This document shows, one piece after another, positions 9,859 through 25,463 of a stretch of 64,000 nt of DNA. The notes under the pieces are model-generated. The model was given only the letters and a program-made list of their open reading frames with translations. It did not search any database and was not told the origin of the DNA. Position 1 is the stretch's first letter. Each line of letters opens with the position of its first letter. Source of the stretch: Syntrophaceae bacterium (lineage in GTDB: Bacteria > Desulfobacterota > Syntrophia > Syntrophales > PHBD01); the NCBI GenBank assembly GCA_013177825.1, contig JABLXX010000001.1, positions 656,936-720,935 on the forward strand, given 5' to 3'. The position numbers were made by a program, and so were the translations under genes.

Positions 9859-10042
9859 GAATCGTGCTCCTTGCATGGGTGCTGATGCCAGTATGAATAT
9901 GTGGGCGGATGGGCATGCCCGCCGGCCGTGGTTTCGCTTCCTTCATGATCCGTCCAGCGCAGGGACGGGCGGGGCTCATGACCCGCAATTTCCGGAGCCT
10001 GTTCGCAGGCGGATGCTTGAGTCGTCCGGGAAAAGGATTTCT

Positions 10043-11269
10043 TCAGCGTGGGGGAAATCCGGTTTCCAACTGTCGGTAGATTCCGTCGATTTTTTCCGCG
10101 GTGGCATCCCACCGGATTCCCGCTTCCTCCTCCCGCACCGCCTGTGCAAGCGAGGCGGCGAGATCCGGATGGGTCAGGAGGTCGATGATTTTCCTGGCCA
10201 GTTCCTCCGTATCCCAGAAATCGACCCGCCAGGCCGTCTTGAGCACCTCCGCCACGCCGGACTGGCGGGACAGAATGACCGGGACACCGCGCCGGGCCGC
10301 TTCCAGCGGCACGATTCCGAAGGGTTCCGAGGCGCTGCTCAGGACGTACAGATCGCTCACGGCAAAGACTTCCTCCAGGCGGTCTTCCTCCAGGAATCCC
10401 GTGAACCGGATCCGCGCGGCGATTCCGAGCTCCCCGGCGTAACGCCGCGCCTCATCCAGGCCGTCGCCGTCGCCGGCCATGATGAAATCCGTCTCCGGCA
10501 GATCCCGGAGGACCCGGGCTGCCGCGTCCAGAAAGTACCGGGGGCCCTTCTGGTGCGTGATTCTCCCCAGGAACAGGACGGTCTTCCCGCCGCCGTTCCG
10601 GGGAGGTGCCGGTCCGGCCGCCTCGAACGACTCGGCCGCGTTGTATGCGACGGTGACCTTCTCCGGGGGAATCCCGCAGCGGCTCACGATCATGTTCTTC
10701 AGAAAGGCGCTCACGGCAATGATGTGATCCGCCCGCTCCATTCCGTATCGCTCGATCTCGAAGATGTTCCGGTTGATGTCCTCGCCCCGGCGGTTGATTT
10801 CGAGGGAATGGACATGGAAAACCAGGGGTTTCCCGGAAGTTTCCCGGGCCCGGACCGCTGCGAACACCGTCATCCAGTCGTGGGCATGGATCACGTCGAA
10901 GGAAAGATCCCGGGCCAGCCACGAGGCCTCTTCTCCGAACCGGAGCACCTCCGACAGGAGATCGGGCCCGTATTCTCCTTCCGCTGCCGGATCGCCGGTC
11001 TCCGCTGCACGAAGCGGCGGAGGCCGGTAGGATGCCGGGGTCTGGTACGGCGTCAGGGGGGAGGAAACGGGGCGGGCGTTGATTTCCCGAGCCGCTGCCG
11101 CTTCCCGTTCATGGGTACGGATGTCCTCCGGCGGAGGATTCCCGCGCGGGAAGACCAGGATCACGTCGTGGCCGAGAACGGACAAAGCCCCTGTGATTCC
11201 CCGGCAGGCCGGGCCGAGGCCTCCGCTCAACCGGGCTGAGAAGTCCCAGCCGAACATCAGGACGCGCAC
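10043..11269 (-). CDS. GT4-family glycosyltransferase (glycogen-cluster type)
   Basis: MRVLMFGW...SGGLG N-terminus, IHAHDWMT, LGRITHQKG and EPFGIVPLEA. Confidence 0.9.
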   Translation of the reverse strand: MRVLMFGWDFSARLSGGLGPACRGITGALSVLGHDVILVFPRGNPPPEDIRTHEREAAAAREINARPVSSPLTPYQTPASYRPPPLRAAETGDPAAEGEYGPDLLSEVLRFGEEASWLARDLSFDVIHAHDWMTVFAAVRARETSGKPLVFHVHSLEINRRGEDINRNIFEIERYGMERADHIIAVSAFLKNMIVSRCGIPPEKVTVAYNAAESFEAAGPAPPRNGGGKTVLFLGRITHQKGPRYFLDAAARVLRDLPETDFIMAGDGDGLDEARRYAGELGIAARIRFTGFLEEDRLEEVFAVSDLYVLSSASEPFGIVPLEAARRGVPVILSRQSGVAEVLKTAWRVDFWDTEELARKIIDLLTHPDLAASLAQAVREEEAGIRWDATAEKIDGIYRQLETGFPPR

Positions 11270-11370
11270 GGGATCTCCCTCCGTTCCTCTCGCTTTTTCA
11301 AGAATTCTTCCATAGTTGATCCGGATTGTAAACGGAATTTCCGGCGCGGATCCGGCTGCCCGGAAGCATT

Positions 11371-13395
11371 TCAGGCCGCGGGATCCCCGTCCTCCTCCAT
11401 TCCGGCCGTTCCGTCATGGAGCAGAGCCTGGAGATGGAGGACGGCGGCAACGCTCCAGGCCTGGGCGATGCAGCCGTCCGGGCGGTGGGGAGGATCGCCG
11501 TCGAAGATTTCCGAGATGGTGCCGAGTCCGGCCTCCGGGAGGTGTTCCCGGAGGAAGATGCGCAGGTATCCTTGAAGAAACGCCTCCGCCTCCCGCCGGT
11601 CCTTCGTTGCCTGGAGCAGGGCCATGCCGAAAGGCAGGAGAAGCCACGGCCAGACCGTTCCCTGATGATACGCCCGGTCCCGGGATTCCCCGTCTCCTTC
11701 GTATCGCCCGCAGTACCGGGAGTCCGACCGGGAGAGCGTCCGGAGCCCGCGCGGTGTCAGCAGGGTCCTGCGGACCGTTTCCACGACCGCCTCCCTCCGG
11801 GCGGGATCGAGGGGAGAGAAGGGGAGGGCGGCTGCGATGACCTGATTGGGCCGGACGGATGTGTCCAGGATTCCTCCCTGCAGAACGTCCCCCAGGCAAT
11901 TTCCCTCTTCATTCCAGAAGGCATCCTGGAAGGACCGTCGTATGCGCGCCGGGAGGCCGCTCAGGGAAAAGTCCCGCTCCCCGAAATGCTCGGCCAGCGT
12001 GGCGGAGAAACAGACGGCATTGTACCACAGGGCGTTCACCTCCACGGCATAGCCGCCCCTCGGTGTTACGGGGACACCGCCTGCCCGGGCGTCCATCCAG
12101 GTCAGGTTCATCTCTTCCGATCCGGCGTGAAGAAGCCCCCTGCCGTCCATGAAGATGTCGAAGGAGGTCCCTTCGATCAGGTGGCGGACGATCCGCTTGA
12201 GGACCGGCCAGAACCGATTCCGGACAAGGCCCAGGTCCCCCGTCGAGGCCAGCATCTCCTGGACCGCCCAGAAAAACCACAGCGGAGCATCGACGGTGTT
12301 GTAGGCCCCGGGTTGCCCGTCGTCGGAAAAGAAATTCGGAAGGAGTCCTCCCCGCTCCTGTTCAGCCAGGCAGAGCAGGATTTCCGTTCCCGTTTTGGGC
12401 CTTCCGGACCGGAATGTGAGTCCGGGAAGGGAGATCAGTGCATCGCGACCCCAGTCGGTAAACCAGGGATAGCCGGCAATGACCGCCCGCCGGCCCGCGG
12501 GAGTGCGGATCAGGAACTGCCGGCCCGCCCGGAGCAGGGAATACAGGGCTGGACGGTCTACCGGGGGGCACCGCTCCAGGAAAGGTCCGTCCTCCGCCGC
12601 TTCCCGCTTCCGCCGGTCCGCTTCGGCTGTCCATAGGCCCGTCAGTTTCCGGCGGCAGGGAGTCAGCGAAACCGATACGACGACCGGTTTCCCCCTCTCC
12701 AGGGAGACCGTCAGCTCTCCCGGTGTGAACAGGTCTTCCCTCCATTCGTACCCCCGTTCCCGCTCGCGGATGTATTCAAAATTCAGGTACCAGTCCGGGG
12801 AGGGGGTGAACGTCGGCTGAAGGCTGGTCTGGAAGAAGATCGGGGGCATCCCCTCGTAGGGATTGAGCGAGAACCCGTCGCTCATCGTCTGCGGCCGGGT
12901 CTGGAGAAACCCGTTCCGGCGGGCCAGGGCATGAATCCCGCGATAGGCAAGGAAAGGCCGGATGGTCAGGCTTCCGCCCGGCGGCCCGTCCAGAAGCTCG
13001 TAACGGACGAGAACCTGATCTTCCTCGAAAACCAGGATGATTTCCTTGCGCAGGGAGAACGTGCCGTCGCCGTATTCGAACACCGGTCCCGGGTCCCAGC
13101 GAAAAGACCGCAGGGGCGGCATCTCCGCGGGGACGAAGCAGCCGGGGAAACGATCGCAGAAAAGGGGCGTTCCCCGGCCGTTGCAGTGAAACGCATCCTC
13201 CAGCTTCGAGAGCAGGACGAAGCAGCCCGCCGGCGTCTTCAGGTTTGCCGCCAGGAGCGCGTGGTATTTCCGCGTATGGCAGCTCAAGAGGGTGCTTGAG
13301 GCATACCCGCCCTGGCCGTTGGTCTCGAGCCACTCCAGGCCGAGAAGGGTGTCACGGGAAAGGGAGGTGATGTTTTCCAGCGACGGCGTTGCCAT
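11371..13395 (-). CDS. glycogen debranching enzyme (amylo-alpha-1,6-glucosidase, archaeal-type)
   Basis: EWLETNGQGGYAS, IAGYPWFTDWGRD, LTWMD, RPNQ, AYHQGTVWPWL and QAWSV. Confidence 0.9.
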   Translation of the reverse strand: MATPSLENITSLSRDTLLGLEWLETNGQGGYASSTLLSCHTRKYHALLAANLKTPAGCFVLLSKLEDAFHCNGRGTPLFCDRFPGCFVPAEMPPLRSFRWDPGPVFEYGDGTFSLRKEIILVFEEDQVLVRYELLDGPPGGSLTIRPFLAYRGIHALARRNGFLQTRPQTMSDGFSLNPYEGMPPIFFQTSLQPTFTPSPDWYLNFEYIRERERGYEWREDLFTPGELTVSLERGKPVVVSVSLTPCRRKLTGLWTAEADRRKREAAEDGPFLERCPPVDRPALYSLLRAGRQFLIRTPAGRRAVIAGYPWFTDWGRDALISLPGLTFRSGRPKTGTEILLCLAEQERGGLLPNFFSDDGQPGAYNTVDAPLWFFWAVQEMLASTGDLGLVRNRFWPVLKRIVRHLIEGTSFDIFMDGRGLLHAGSEEMNLTWMDARAGGVPVTPRGGYAVEVNALWYNAVCFSATLAEHFGERDFSLSGLPARIRRSFQDAFWNEEGNCLGDVLQGGILDTSVRPNQVIAAALPFSPLDPARREAVVETVRRTLLTPRGLRTLSRSDSRYCGRYEGDGESRDRAYHQGTVWPWLLLPFGMALLQATKDRREAEAFLQGYLRIFLREHLPEAGLGTISEIFDGDPPHRPDGCIAQAWSVAAVLHLQALLHDGTAGMEEDGDPAA

Positions 13396-13462
13396 GGAAG
13401 TCCCCTGCGGTCTGCGGGATGGCGACTGCGATGGACGGCTGTTCCTTCCGGATCAGGCCGGA

Positions 13463-14245
13463 TCAGGGAAGCTGGAGAACCTCGACCCCTTTCGGGGGTT
13501 TGAAGGAGAAGGTCCGGTCGGAAATCCGGACGTTTTCTTGCAGGTCCCGAAAGGCGACCCTGGTGAGGTTCCCGAAGGAGTCGGTAAATCGTACTTCGTG
13601 GACCTGGAGGTCCTCCCTGCCGACGGTCAGGTGTAAGCGTGAGATGCCCAGACCGGGATCCCGGGGGGTGAGGACCAGCAGGAGATTTCCTTCCCGATCG
13701 ATCGCCTCGGGTTTGGCGTATTCGATCTGGAAGTCCTCCCTGAGTTTCCCCAGTCCGGTGAAAAAGCGGATGGTCAACCTGGATTTGAGAAGACTTTCGG
13801 CCCTCTGGACATAAACGGCCCGGTCTTCCGGTACATAGAGCCATGATGTCTTGGGCCCGATGATCAGCTTCTTCGCCTTCGGCTTCTCGTAATGCCAGGC
13901 CATGCGCCCGGGGTTTCGGAAATAGACCGTCCCTTCTTCCCGCTCGGCCTTTTTCGATCCCTTTACGGTGACTTCCTGTATGAATCGCCCCTTCAGGGAT
14001 TCGGTTTTTTCATACCGCTCCTGCATGTCCGCCAGGAGCTTGTCCAGCGGTGGCGCCTCCGCCCGGATCGCCTCCGGCAGAATGAGAAACGCCAGGACCG
14101 GAAGCCACAGGACGGAAAGGAGTACGAAGAGCCGGCGGAGCCGTCTCCGCCGTGCGGATGACAAAACTGTTGAATGAGGAAGGGAATTCTGTCTCGCCGT
14201 AATAAACTTCATAAATGATCCTGCACCCTGCCTTCTCTGGCACAT
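13463..14245 (-). CDS. lolA: outer-membrane lipoprotein carrier protein
   Basis: FIQ...EEGTVYFRNPGRMAWHYEKP motif and a hydrophobic signal/TM segment. The true start may lie downstream of 14245. Confidence 0.8.
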   Translation of the reverse strand: MCQRRQGAGSFMKFITARQNSLPHSTVLSSARRRRLRRLFVLLSVLWLPVLAFLILPEAIRAEAPPLDKLLADMQERYEKTESLKGRFIQEVTVKGSKKAEREEGTVYFRNPGRMAWHYEKPKAKKLIIGPKTSWLYVPEDRAVYVQRAESLLKSRLTIRFFTGLGKLREDFQIEYAKPEAIDREGNLLLVLTPRDPGLGISRLHLTVGREDLQVHEVRFTDSFGNLTRVAFRDLQENVRISDRTFSFKPPKGVEVLQLP

Positions 14246-14399
14246 TTCTTTCTTTAGGTCTTGAAAAGGGGCTTGCGGAACGCGCTAACGTTCCGTAATT
14301 CTACCTTGCTTTGTAAGCACTTGAAATAAAATAAGATTTGCTCTGCCTACACCTTGTGCAAGGCGGTATAAAATCGTGACATTTGAAGCCTTAGAGTTT

Positions 14400-14445
14400 T
14401 TGTCCACAGAGTTGTCAACATGTTTGTCAACAGCTCTGTGGATTT
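14400..14445. promoter_or_regulatory. cluster of four DnaA-box-like nonamers
   Basis: TTGTCCACA (14400), TTGTCAACA (14412) and TTGTCAACA (14424) at a 12-bp period, plus inverted TGTGGATTT (14437). An AT-rich tract lies at about 14300-14340. Confidence 0.5.
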
Positions 14446-14491
14446 CTCCGTTAACTCCCCGGATCAAGGGAAAGAACCCGCGAAATAGCAG

Positions 14492-15568
14492 TTACCCTGA
14501 TATTCTCAGGCGCCATCCGAAGGGATCTTCCTTCTCGCCGTACTGGATCTGCAGGATTTCATTGTACAGCCGCTTCGTCAGGGCGCCTGTTTTCCCGCCG
14601 CCGATCTTGTGCTCCTTGCCGCGGAAGAACATCTGGCCGATGGGCGAGACGATGGCCGCAGTTCCGGAGGCGAAGGCCTCCTTGAGGAGACCGCGCTCCG
14701 AGGCAATGATCACCTCCTCCATGGTGACGGGGCGTTCCATCACGGGGATGCTCCAGCTGCGTGCGAGCTGGATCACCGAATCCCGCGTGATCCCCGGTAG
14801 AATCGTTCCACCCAGTGGCGGTGTGATCAGCTCATCGCCGATGAGGAAGAAGATGTTGCTTGTGCCCACTTCCTCCACGTATTTTTTATGGACGGCATCG
14901 AGCCAGAGAACCTGGGTATATCCCTGTTCCTGGGCCGCCTTGCTGGCGTAAAGGCTGGCGGCGTAATTCGCCGCGGCCTTGCAGTAGCCGATGCCCCCGG
15001 GGGCGGACCGGACGTAATGCTCCTCCACGAATATTTTCGTGGGGCTGAATCCCTCGGGGTAGTAGGCGCCGACGGGGCCCACGATGATGTAGAACAGGTA
15101 TTCCGGGGAGGAGTGGACGCCCAGGGCCGGCTCCGTGGCAATCATGGTGGGCCGGATGTAGAGGGACGTGCCCAGGCCTTTGGGAATCCAGTCTTTCTCG
15201 ATGATCACCAGCTCGCGGACAGCCTCCAGGAAAAGGTTCTCGTCGACGGCGGGCATGCAGAGGCGCCGCGCCGAATTGTTCATGCGACGGGCGTTTTCGA
15301 GGGGCCGGAACAGGTAGATCGCACCGTCCTTGCCCCGATAGGCCTTCAGGCCCTCGAAGATGAGCTGGGCGTAGTGAAGGCAGATGCAGGCGGGATCGAG
15401 GGAAAAATCCCTGTAGGGTACAATGGCGGGATCGAACCAGCCCTTGCCTTCCCGATACGGCATGGTGAACATGTGGTCCGTGAAGATCTTCCCGAACCCC
15501 AGCGTCGCTTCGTTCTTGTGTTTGGGTTTACGCTTTGCCGGTGCGGTCTTCGTGGTCTTGATCTTCAT
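14492..15568 (-). CDS. ilvE: branched-chain amino acid aminotransferase
   Basis: LHYAQLIFEGLKAY, YIRP, KAAANY, EEVGTSN and ILPGITR. Confidence 0.95.
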   Translation of the reverse strand: MKIKTTKTAPAKRKPKHKNEATLGFGKIFTDHMFTMPYREGKGWFDPAIVPYRDFSLDPACICLHYAQLIFEGLKAYRGKDGAIYLFRPLENARRMNNSARRLCMPAVDENLFLEAVRELVIIEKDWIPKGLGTSLYIRPTMIATEPALGVHSSPEYLFYIIVGPVGAYYPEGFSPTKIFVEEHYVRSAPGGIGYCKAAANYAASLYASKAAQEQGYTQVLWLDAVHKKYVEEVGTSNIFFLIGDELITPPLGGTILPGITRDSVIQLARSWSIPVMERPVTMEEVIIASERGLLKEAFASGTAAIVSPIGQMFFRGKEHKIGGGKTGALTKRLYNEILQIQYGEKEDPFGWRLRISG

Positions 15569-15619
15569 GATTTCCCCCCAGTATGATTTAACATCTGAAA
15601 AAAATTGGAGAACCTTATA

Positions 15620-17152
15620 TCACGAAGAAACGAGACGATCAAGGCTTCTGTACTGGATCGCCTCGGCGACGTGGGAAAGTCCGATGGACCCCGAGTCCGC
15701 CAGATCGGCGATCGTGCGGGCGGTCTTGAGGATCCTCGTGTAGGCCCGGGCGCTGAGCCCCAGCTTTTCCATGGCCATTTCCAGGAGGCGGCGGGATTCC
15801 GCGTCGAGGGAACAGAACCGGCGGATCTGTTCGTTGTCCATCCGGGCGTTGGCCGCCGCGTCCTTTCCGCCGAAACGCTCCCTCTGAAGCCGGCGGGCGT
15901 TCCGGACGCGGCCGGCGATGGTTGAAGAGCTTTCTCCAGGGGGGCCTCCGGTCAACTCCCGATGGCGCACTGCCGGAACCTCGATATGGAGGTCGATCCG
16001 GTCCAGGAGCGGTCCGGAGATCCGCGACTGGTAGTTACGGACCGCCGTGGCGGAGCAGCGGCAGTGCCGGCGCGTCTCCCCGAGGAATCCGCAGGGGCAG
16101 GGATTCATCGCCGCCACGAGCATGAATCGGGCGGGAAAGGTCGTGCTCACGGCGGAGCGGCTGATGGTGATGACCCCGTCTTCCATGGGCTGGCGGAGGG
16201 CCTCCAGGACGTTCTTGCGGAATTCCGGAAGCTCGTCGAGAAAGAGAACGCCGTTGTGGGCGAGGCTGATCTCCCCGGGCCGGGGCTGCTGCCCCCCTCC
16301 CACCATTCCCGCGTCGGACACGGTGTGATGGGGCGAACGGAAGGGCCGCATGCCGACGAGGGAGCGGTTTCGTTCCAGGAGGCCGGCCACGGAAAAGATC
16401 TTCGTCGTTTCGATGGCTTCCGTCAGCGTCAGCTCCGGGAGGATGCCGGGGAGACGCTGGGCCAGCATGGTTTTCCCCGCCCCTGGGGGACCGATCATCA
16501 GGATGTTGTGTCCTCCCGCGGCGGCTACCTCCATGGCCCGCTTGGCCTGCTCCTGCCCCCGGATCTCACTGAAATCCGGGACCGGCTGCAGGTTCTGCCG
16601 GAACAGGGATTCCACGTCCACCCGGTGGGGAGCGATCGGTCTTGTTCCGGAAAACCCGTCCACCACATCCGACAGAACGTCCACCGGCAGAACGTCGATG
16701 CCCCCGACCATGGCCGCTTCGTCCGCATTTTCACGGGCAACGACAATTCCCTCCCTTCCGGACCGGTGTATTTCCTGGGCCACCGGCAGCACTCCCTGGA
16801 CCCCCTTGATGGATCCGTTGAGCGAGAGCTCGCCCATGAATACGTAGCCCTGGATCGCTTCAGGCCGGACGATGTCCTGGGCCGCCAGGATGCCCAGGGC
16901 GATGGGCAGGTCGAATCCGGTTCCCTCTTTCCGGATGTCCGCGGGCGCCAGGTTGACGGTCACGTGGTGGCGGGGAAAGGGGTAGCCGGTGTTCCGGATC
17001 GCGGCCCGGATACGGTCCTTGCTTTCCCGGACCGCGGCATCCGGCAGTCCGACCGTGGAAAAATGGGGAATGCCGTGGGCTACGTCCACTTCCACGTCCA
17101 CAAGATGGCAGTCGATGCCGATGACCGTGGCACCGGAGGTCTTGACGATCAC
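15620..17152 (-). CDS. comM: YifB/ComM-family Mg-chelatase-like AAA+ ATPase
   Basis: [44 protein letters not shown] and [13 protein letters not shown] start at 17152 follows a GAGGGA RBS. Confidence 0.92.
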   Translation of the reverse strand: MIVKTSGATVIGIDCHLVDVEVDVAHGIPHFSTVGLPDAAVRESKDRIRAAIRNTGYPFPRHHVTVNLAPADIRKEGTGFDLPIALGILAAQDIVRPEAIQGYVFMGELSLNGSIKGVQGVLPVAQEIHRSGREGIVVARENADEAAMVGGIDVLPVDVLSDVVDGFSGTRPIAPHRVDVESLFRQNLQPVPDFSEIRGQEQAKRAMEVAAAGGHNILMIGPPGAGKTMLAQRLPGILPELTLTEAIETTKIFSVAGLLERNRSLVGMRPFRSPHHTVSDAGMVGGGQQPRPGEISLAHNGVLFLDELPEFRKNVLEALRQPMEDGVITISRSAVSTTFPARFMLVAAMNPCPCGFLGETRRHCRCSATAVRNYQSRISGPLLDRIDLHIEVPAVRHRELTGGPPGESSSTIAGRVRNARRLQRERFGGKDAAANARMDNEQIRRFCSLDAESRRLLEMAMEKLGLSARAYTRILKTARTIADLADSGSIGLSHVAEAIQYRSLDRLVSS

Positions 17153-17301
17153 ATTTCCCTCACAGATTGCTCGCAGTAAGATTGCAATGGTGGTTACTTC
17201 GGGATGGAAGGACTGCTCCCGGCAGGGGGTTTTCCTTTTATTGTAGAACGCCAATGAAAGCAAGGTCTTTCTGTCTCGCTTCAACCCTCGACGGAACCGG
17301 C

Positions 17302-17330
17302 TTGACGCCGCTGACTCCCTGTGTTAAGTT
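17302..17330 (+). promoter_or_regulatory. sigma70-type promoter for the moaC...mtnA run
   Basis: TTGACG-17 nt-TAAGTT with an extended -10 TG. Confidence 0.55.
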
Positions 17331-17388
17331 CCATCCGCTTTTGCTTATCCGTTCACTTTCCTGGAGTCAGCTAATCACAACAAGCGCC

Positions 17389-17865
17389 ATGACCCGAATG
17401 TCCCATTTGGATGAACACGGCAAGGCCCGTATGGTTGACGTCACGCGGAAGAAAGAGACCATGCGCGTGGCAACGGCCAGTGGAGCGGTGCTCATGAAGC
17501 CGGAAACCCTCTCGAGAATCTCCCGGGGTGAGATGGCCAAGGGAGATGTCTTCGCCGTCGCCCGGATCGCCGGAATCATGGCGGCCAAGAACACGTCAGG
17601 ATGGATTCCCCTGTGCCATCCCCTGGAACTGACGGGGATTGAAATCCGGTTTTCCGAGCGGGATGACCGTACGCTGGAAATCGAGGCGCAGGTGACCACC
17701 CGAGGAAGAACGGGCGTGGAGATGGAGGCCATGACGGCGGTCAGCGCGGCGGCCCTCACCATCTATGACATGTGCAAGGCCGTGGACCGGGCAATGGTTC
17801 TGACGGAGATCCGCCTGATCTCGAAAAAGGGAGGCAAGAGCGGATCCTTTGTCCGGGAGCAGTGA
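17389..17865 (+). CDS. moaC: cyclic pyranopterin monophosphate synthase
   Basis: SHLDEHGKARMVDV, IPLCHP, TGVEMEA and IYDMCKAVD. Confidence 0.95.
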   Translation: MTRMSHLDEHGKARMVDVTRKKETMRVATASGAVLMKPETLSRISRGEMAKGDVFAVARIAGIMAAKNTSGWIPLCHPLELTGIEIRFSERDDRTLEIEAQVTTRGRTGVEMEAMTAVSAAALTIYDMCKAVDRAMVLTEIRLISKKGGKSGSFVREQ

Positions 17866-17887
17866 TCCCTCAAAACCGGAAGAGTTC

Positions 17888-18406
17888 ATGACGCAGACGA
17901 GATACCGGATTAAAACCTCCTTTTTGATTCCCCTGGGTCTGGACGCCCTCCTCCTGCTGGTACTTCTACTCCTGTCCGTCCTCGGTCCGGGGACTTTTAC
18001 GGAGCACGTGGTTCTGGGCGTTTTCTTTATTCTGGCCCTGGCCGTCTTCGCCGAATCGGCTTCACGGAACGTAACCGCCGACGAGGACGGGATCGCCATC
18101 CGGAAGTTTTTCCGGGAAACCCGCCTTCTCTGGCCGGAAATCAATTACGCCGGAACCCTGATCATGCGCGGCAAGGCCTATATTCTCCTGACGACGACGA
18201 AGGGATATCATGTCCTGTCCAGCGCGTACGGGAACTATGAGAAGCTGGTCGCCGGCATGGTCCGGCACCTGGATGCGGAGAGGGTGGAGGAGACACTCCG
18301 CGCCCAGGTGGACCAGCCTGTCCGCGGCAAATCGGATGCAGCGGCGGCGTGGTTCGCAGCGGTCGTTATCATCGGCATTCTAGCCCTGAAGGTCCTGAAG
18401 ATTTAA
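17888..18406 (+). CDS. membrane protein with a bacterial PH-like soluble domain
   Basis: Two N-terminal TM helices, a soluble beta-rich segment and a C-terminal TM helix. It sits within the operon. Confidence 0.65.
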   Translation: MTQTRYRIKTSFLIPLGLDALLLLVLLLLSVLGPGTFTEHVVLGVFFILALAVFAESASRNVTADEDGIAIRKFFRETRLLWPEINYAGTLIMRGKAYILLTTTKGYHVLSSAYGNYEKLVAGMVRHLDAERVEETLRAQVDQPVRGKSDAAAAWFAAVVIIGILALKVLKI

Positions 18407-18434
18407 CCCTTCCAATGGAGAAAGCCCCAAGACC

Positions 18435-18740
18435 ATGAAGACAAAAAAATCCACAGCCGGAAGCCGGACGGAGAAAGCGAATGATCCCGTCCAGGTAGTG
18501 GAACGGATGATGGAGATGAAACTCGAGGATATTGCCACGGTACTCTGCACGTCGGGCAATGGGAAAAGCCGGCTCCACGAAAACGTGATGACGATGGTGG
18601 AGCGGAGCCTGTTCCGGATCGCCCTGAGCCGTTCCGGAAACGTGCGGAGCAAGGCTGCGGCATACCTGGGGGTTAACCGGAACACCTTCCAGAAAAAGCT
18701 GATCAGGCTTGGTCTGGACGGCGATCCGAAGGAGGAATGA
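18435..18740 (+). CDS. stand-alone Fis-family HTH protein
   Basis: 101 aa ending in GNVRSKAAAYLGVNRNTFQKKL (HTH_8/Fis pattern). Confidence 0.8.
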   Translation: MKTKKSTAGSRTEKANDPVQVVERMMEMKLEDIATVLCTSGNGKSRLHENVMTMVERSLFRIALSRSGNVRSKAAAYLGVNRNTFQKKLIRLGLDGDPKEE

Positions 18741-18791
18741 TGATGTCGGCAGGGAATCCGGGTCGGCCTTCCTTTGGAGAGATGCCGGAAC

Positions 18792-20057
18792 ATGGATGAC
18801 GTCTTCCTGCCGGTCGCTATTCGGAGGCTCCTTGAAAAAGGCGTCCGGATTCCTCATCCCTGGTCTGTGGAAGTGGGGGAAGAGGTTTCCCCGGACCGGG
18901 TGTCCGCCCGGGGCGTCGTCCTCCATGGCGGGGTCAGGCTTCGAGGAGAACAAACGCTCCTCTGCGACGGGGTGAAACTGGGGGCGGAAGGTCCGGCCGT
19001 CGTGGAGAACTGCCTGATGGGGCCGGACGTGGAACTCAAGGGCGGCTTCTTTCGGGGCTCGGTTTTTCTGCACGGTGTGACGTTCGGTTCCGCCTCTCAC
19101 GTCCGGGAGGGATGCCTTCTCGAAGAGGAATCCTCCGGAGCCCATGCCGTCGGACTCAAACAGACCATCCTGTTCCCCTTCGTGACCCTCGGCAGCCTGA
19201 TCAACTTCTGCGACTGCCTCATGGGTGGAGGCACGAGCCGCCGGAATCACAGCGAGGTGGGAAGCTCCTTCATCCACTTCAACTACACTCCCCGTCAGGA
19301 CAAGGCGACGGCGTCGCTCCTCGGTGATGTGCCGCGCGGCGTCATGCTGGACCAGCCCCCCATTTTTCTGGGCGGGCAGGGGGGGATCGTCGGGCCGGTC
19401 CGGATGGGGTTCGGCACGGTTCTTCCCGCGGGCGCGATCTGCCGCCGGGACATCCCGGAGGGGAACGCGACGGCGGTCAGCATCGGGGGAGCCGGAAACG
19501 ACAGGTCCTTCCACCCGGATCGCCGTGGGGATGTCGGAAGAAAGATCCGGAACAACCTTCTGTACGTGGCCAGCCTTTTCGCCCTGCAGGACTGGTATGC
19601 CCATGTCCGGAGCCGTTTTTTCGCTGCCGGTACGCACGAAAGGGAGTTGCTGCCGGGTGCGCTGGCCGTTCTCGACGGAGCGGTATCGGAACGGATCCGG
19701 CGCTTGCGGGAATTTTCCGGGAAGATGCCGGCAGAGGATGAAGCGGTCGGGGAGACTGAGGCAGGGAACGCCCGCCGCCGCCAGCTCCGGGAGCGATGGC
19801 CGGAGGCGGAGTCGATGCTCGGGGATAGAGCCGGGTCATTCGGAGACCAGGCGCTCCGGGACCGGTTTCTGGCGGTGCTGGACCGGCGGATGAGCCGTCC
19901 GTCCGGCCCGGCGGACTATCTGCCGTTCATCCGTGTGCTGGATCCGTCGGAGCGACAGTTGGGAACGGCCTGGCTGGAGAGCGTCGTGAGCGATCGAATG
20001 GAGCGGGTCCTGGGCGTCCTGGCGGCCTTTCGGTCCGGGTCCGCAGAGACGGCATGA
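18792..20057 (+). CDS. GlmU-like left-handed beta-helix protein lacking the N-terminal uridyltransferase domain
   Basis: LLEKGVRI start of the LbH region, hexapeptide repeats and GSLINFCD...GSSFIHFNY, resembling the GlmU acetyltransferase half. No LAAG/GTRM NTP-transferase motif. Confidence 0.65.
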   Translation: MDDVFLPVAIRRLLEKGVRIPHPWSVEVGEEVSPDRVSARGVVLHGGVRLRGEQTLLCDGVKLGAEGPAVVENCLMGPDVELKGGFFRGSVFLHGVTFGSASHVREGCLLEEESSGAHAVGLKQTILFPFVTLGSLINFCDCLMGGGTSRRNHSEVGSSFIHFNYTPRQDKATASLLGDVPRGVMLDQPPIFLGGQGGIVGPVRMGFGTVLPAGAICRRDIPEGNATAVSIGGAGNDRSFHPDRRGDVGRKIRNNLLYVASLFALQDWYAHVRSRFFAAGTHERELLPGALAVLDGAVSERIRRLREFSGKMPAEDEAVGETEAGNARRRQLRERWPEAESMLGDRAGSFGDQALRDRFLAVLDRRMSRPSGPADYLPFIRVLDPSERQLGTAWLESVVSDRMERVLGVLAAFRSGSAETA

Positions 20058-20067
20058 CAGGATATTC

Positions 20068-25433
<5,366 letters not shown>

Positions 25434-25463
25434 GGCCCCTGCACAGGGACGTTTTTCGAGGAC

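Noticed and set aside
5336-13395. tRNA-Leu as the attachment site of an integrated island carrying the glycogen locus
   Set aside because: No integrase, no duplicated tRNA 3' end seen, and composition like the rest of the window.
17311-17369. Moco riboswitch upstream of moaC (CTGACTCC/GGAGTCAG inverted repeat)
   Set aside because: The left arm lies within the predicted promoter spacer, so it would not be transcribed, and the Moco motif's GAAA-capped stems are not evident.
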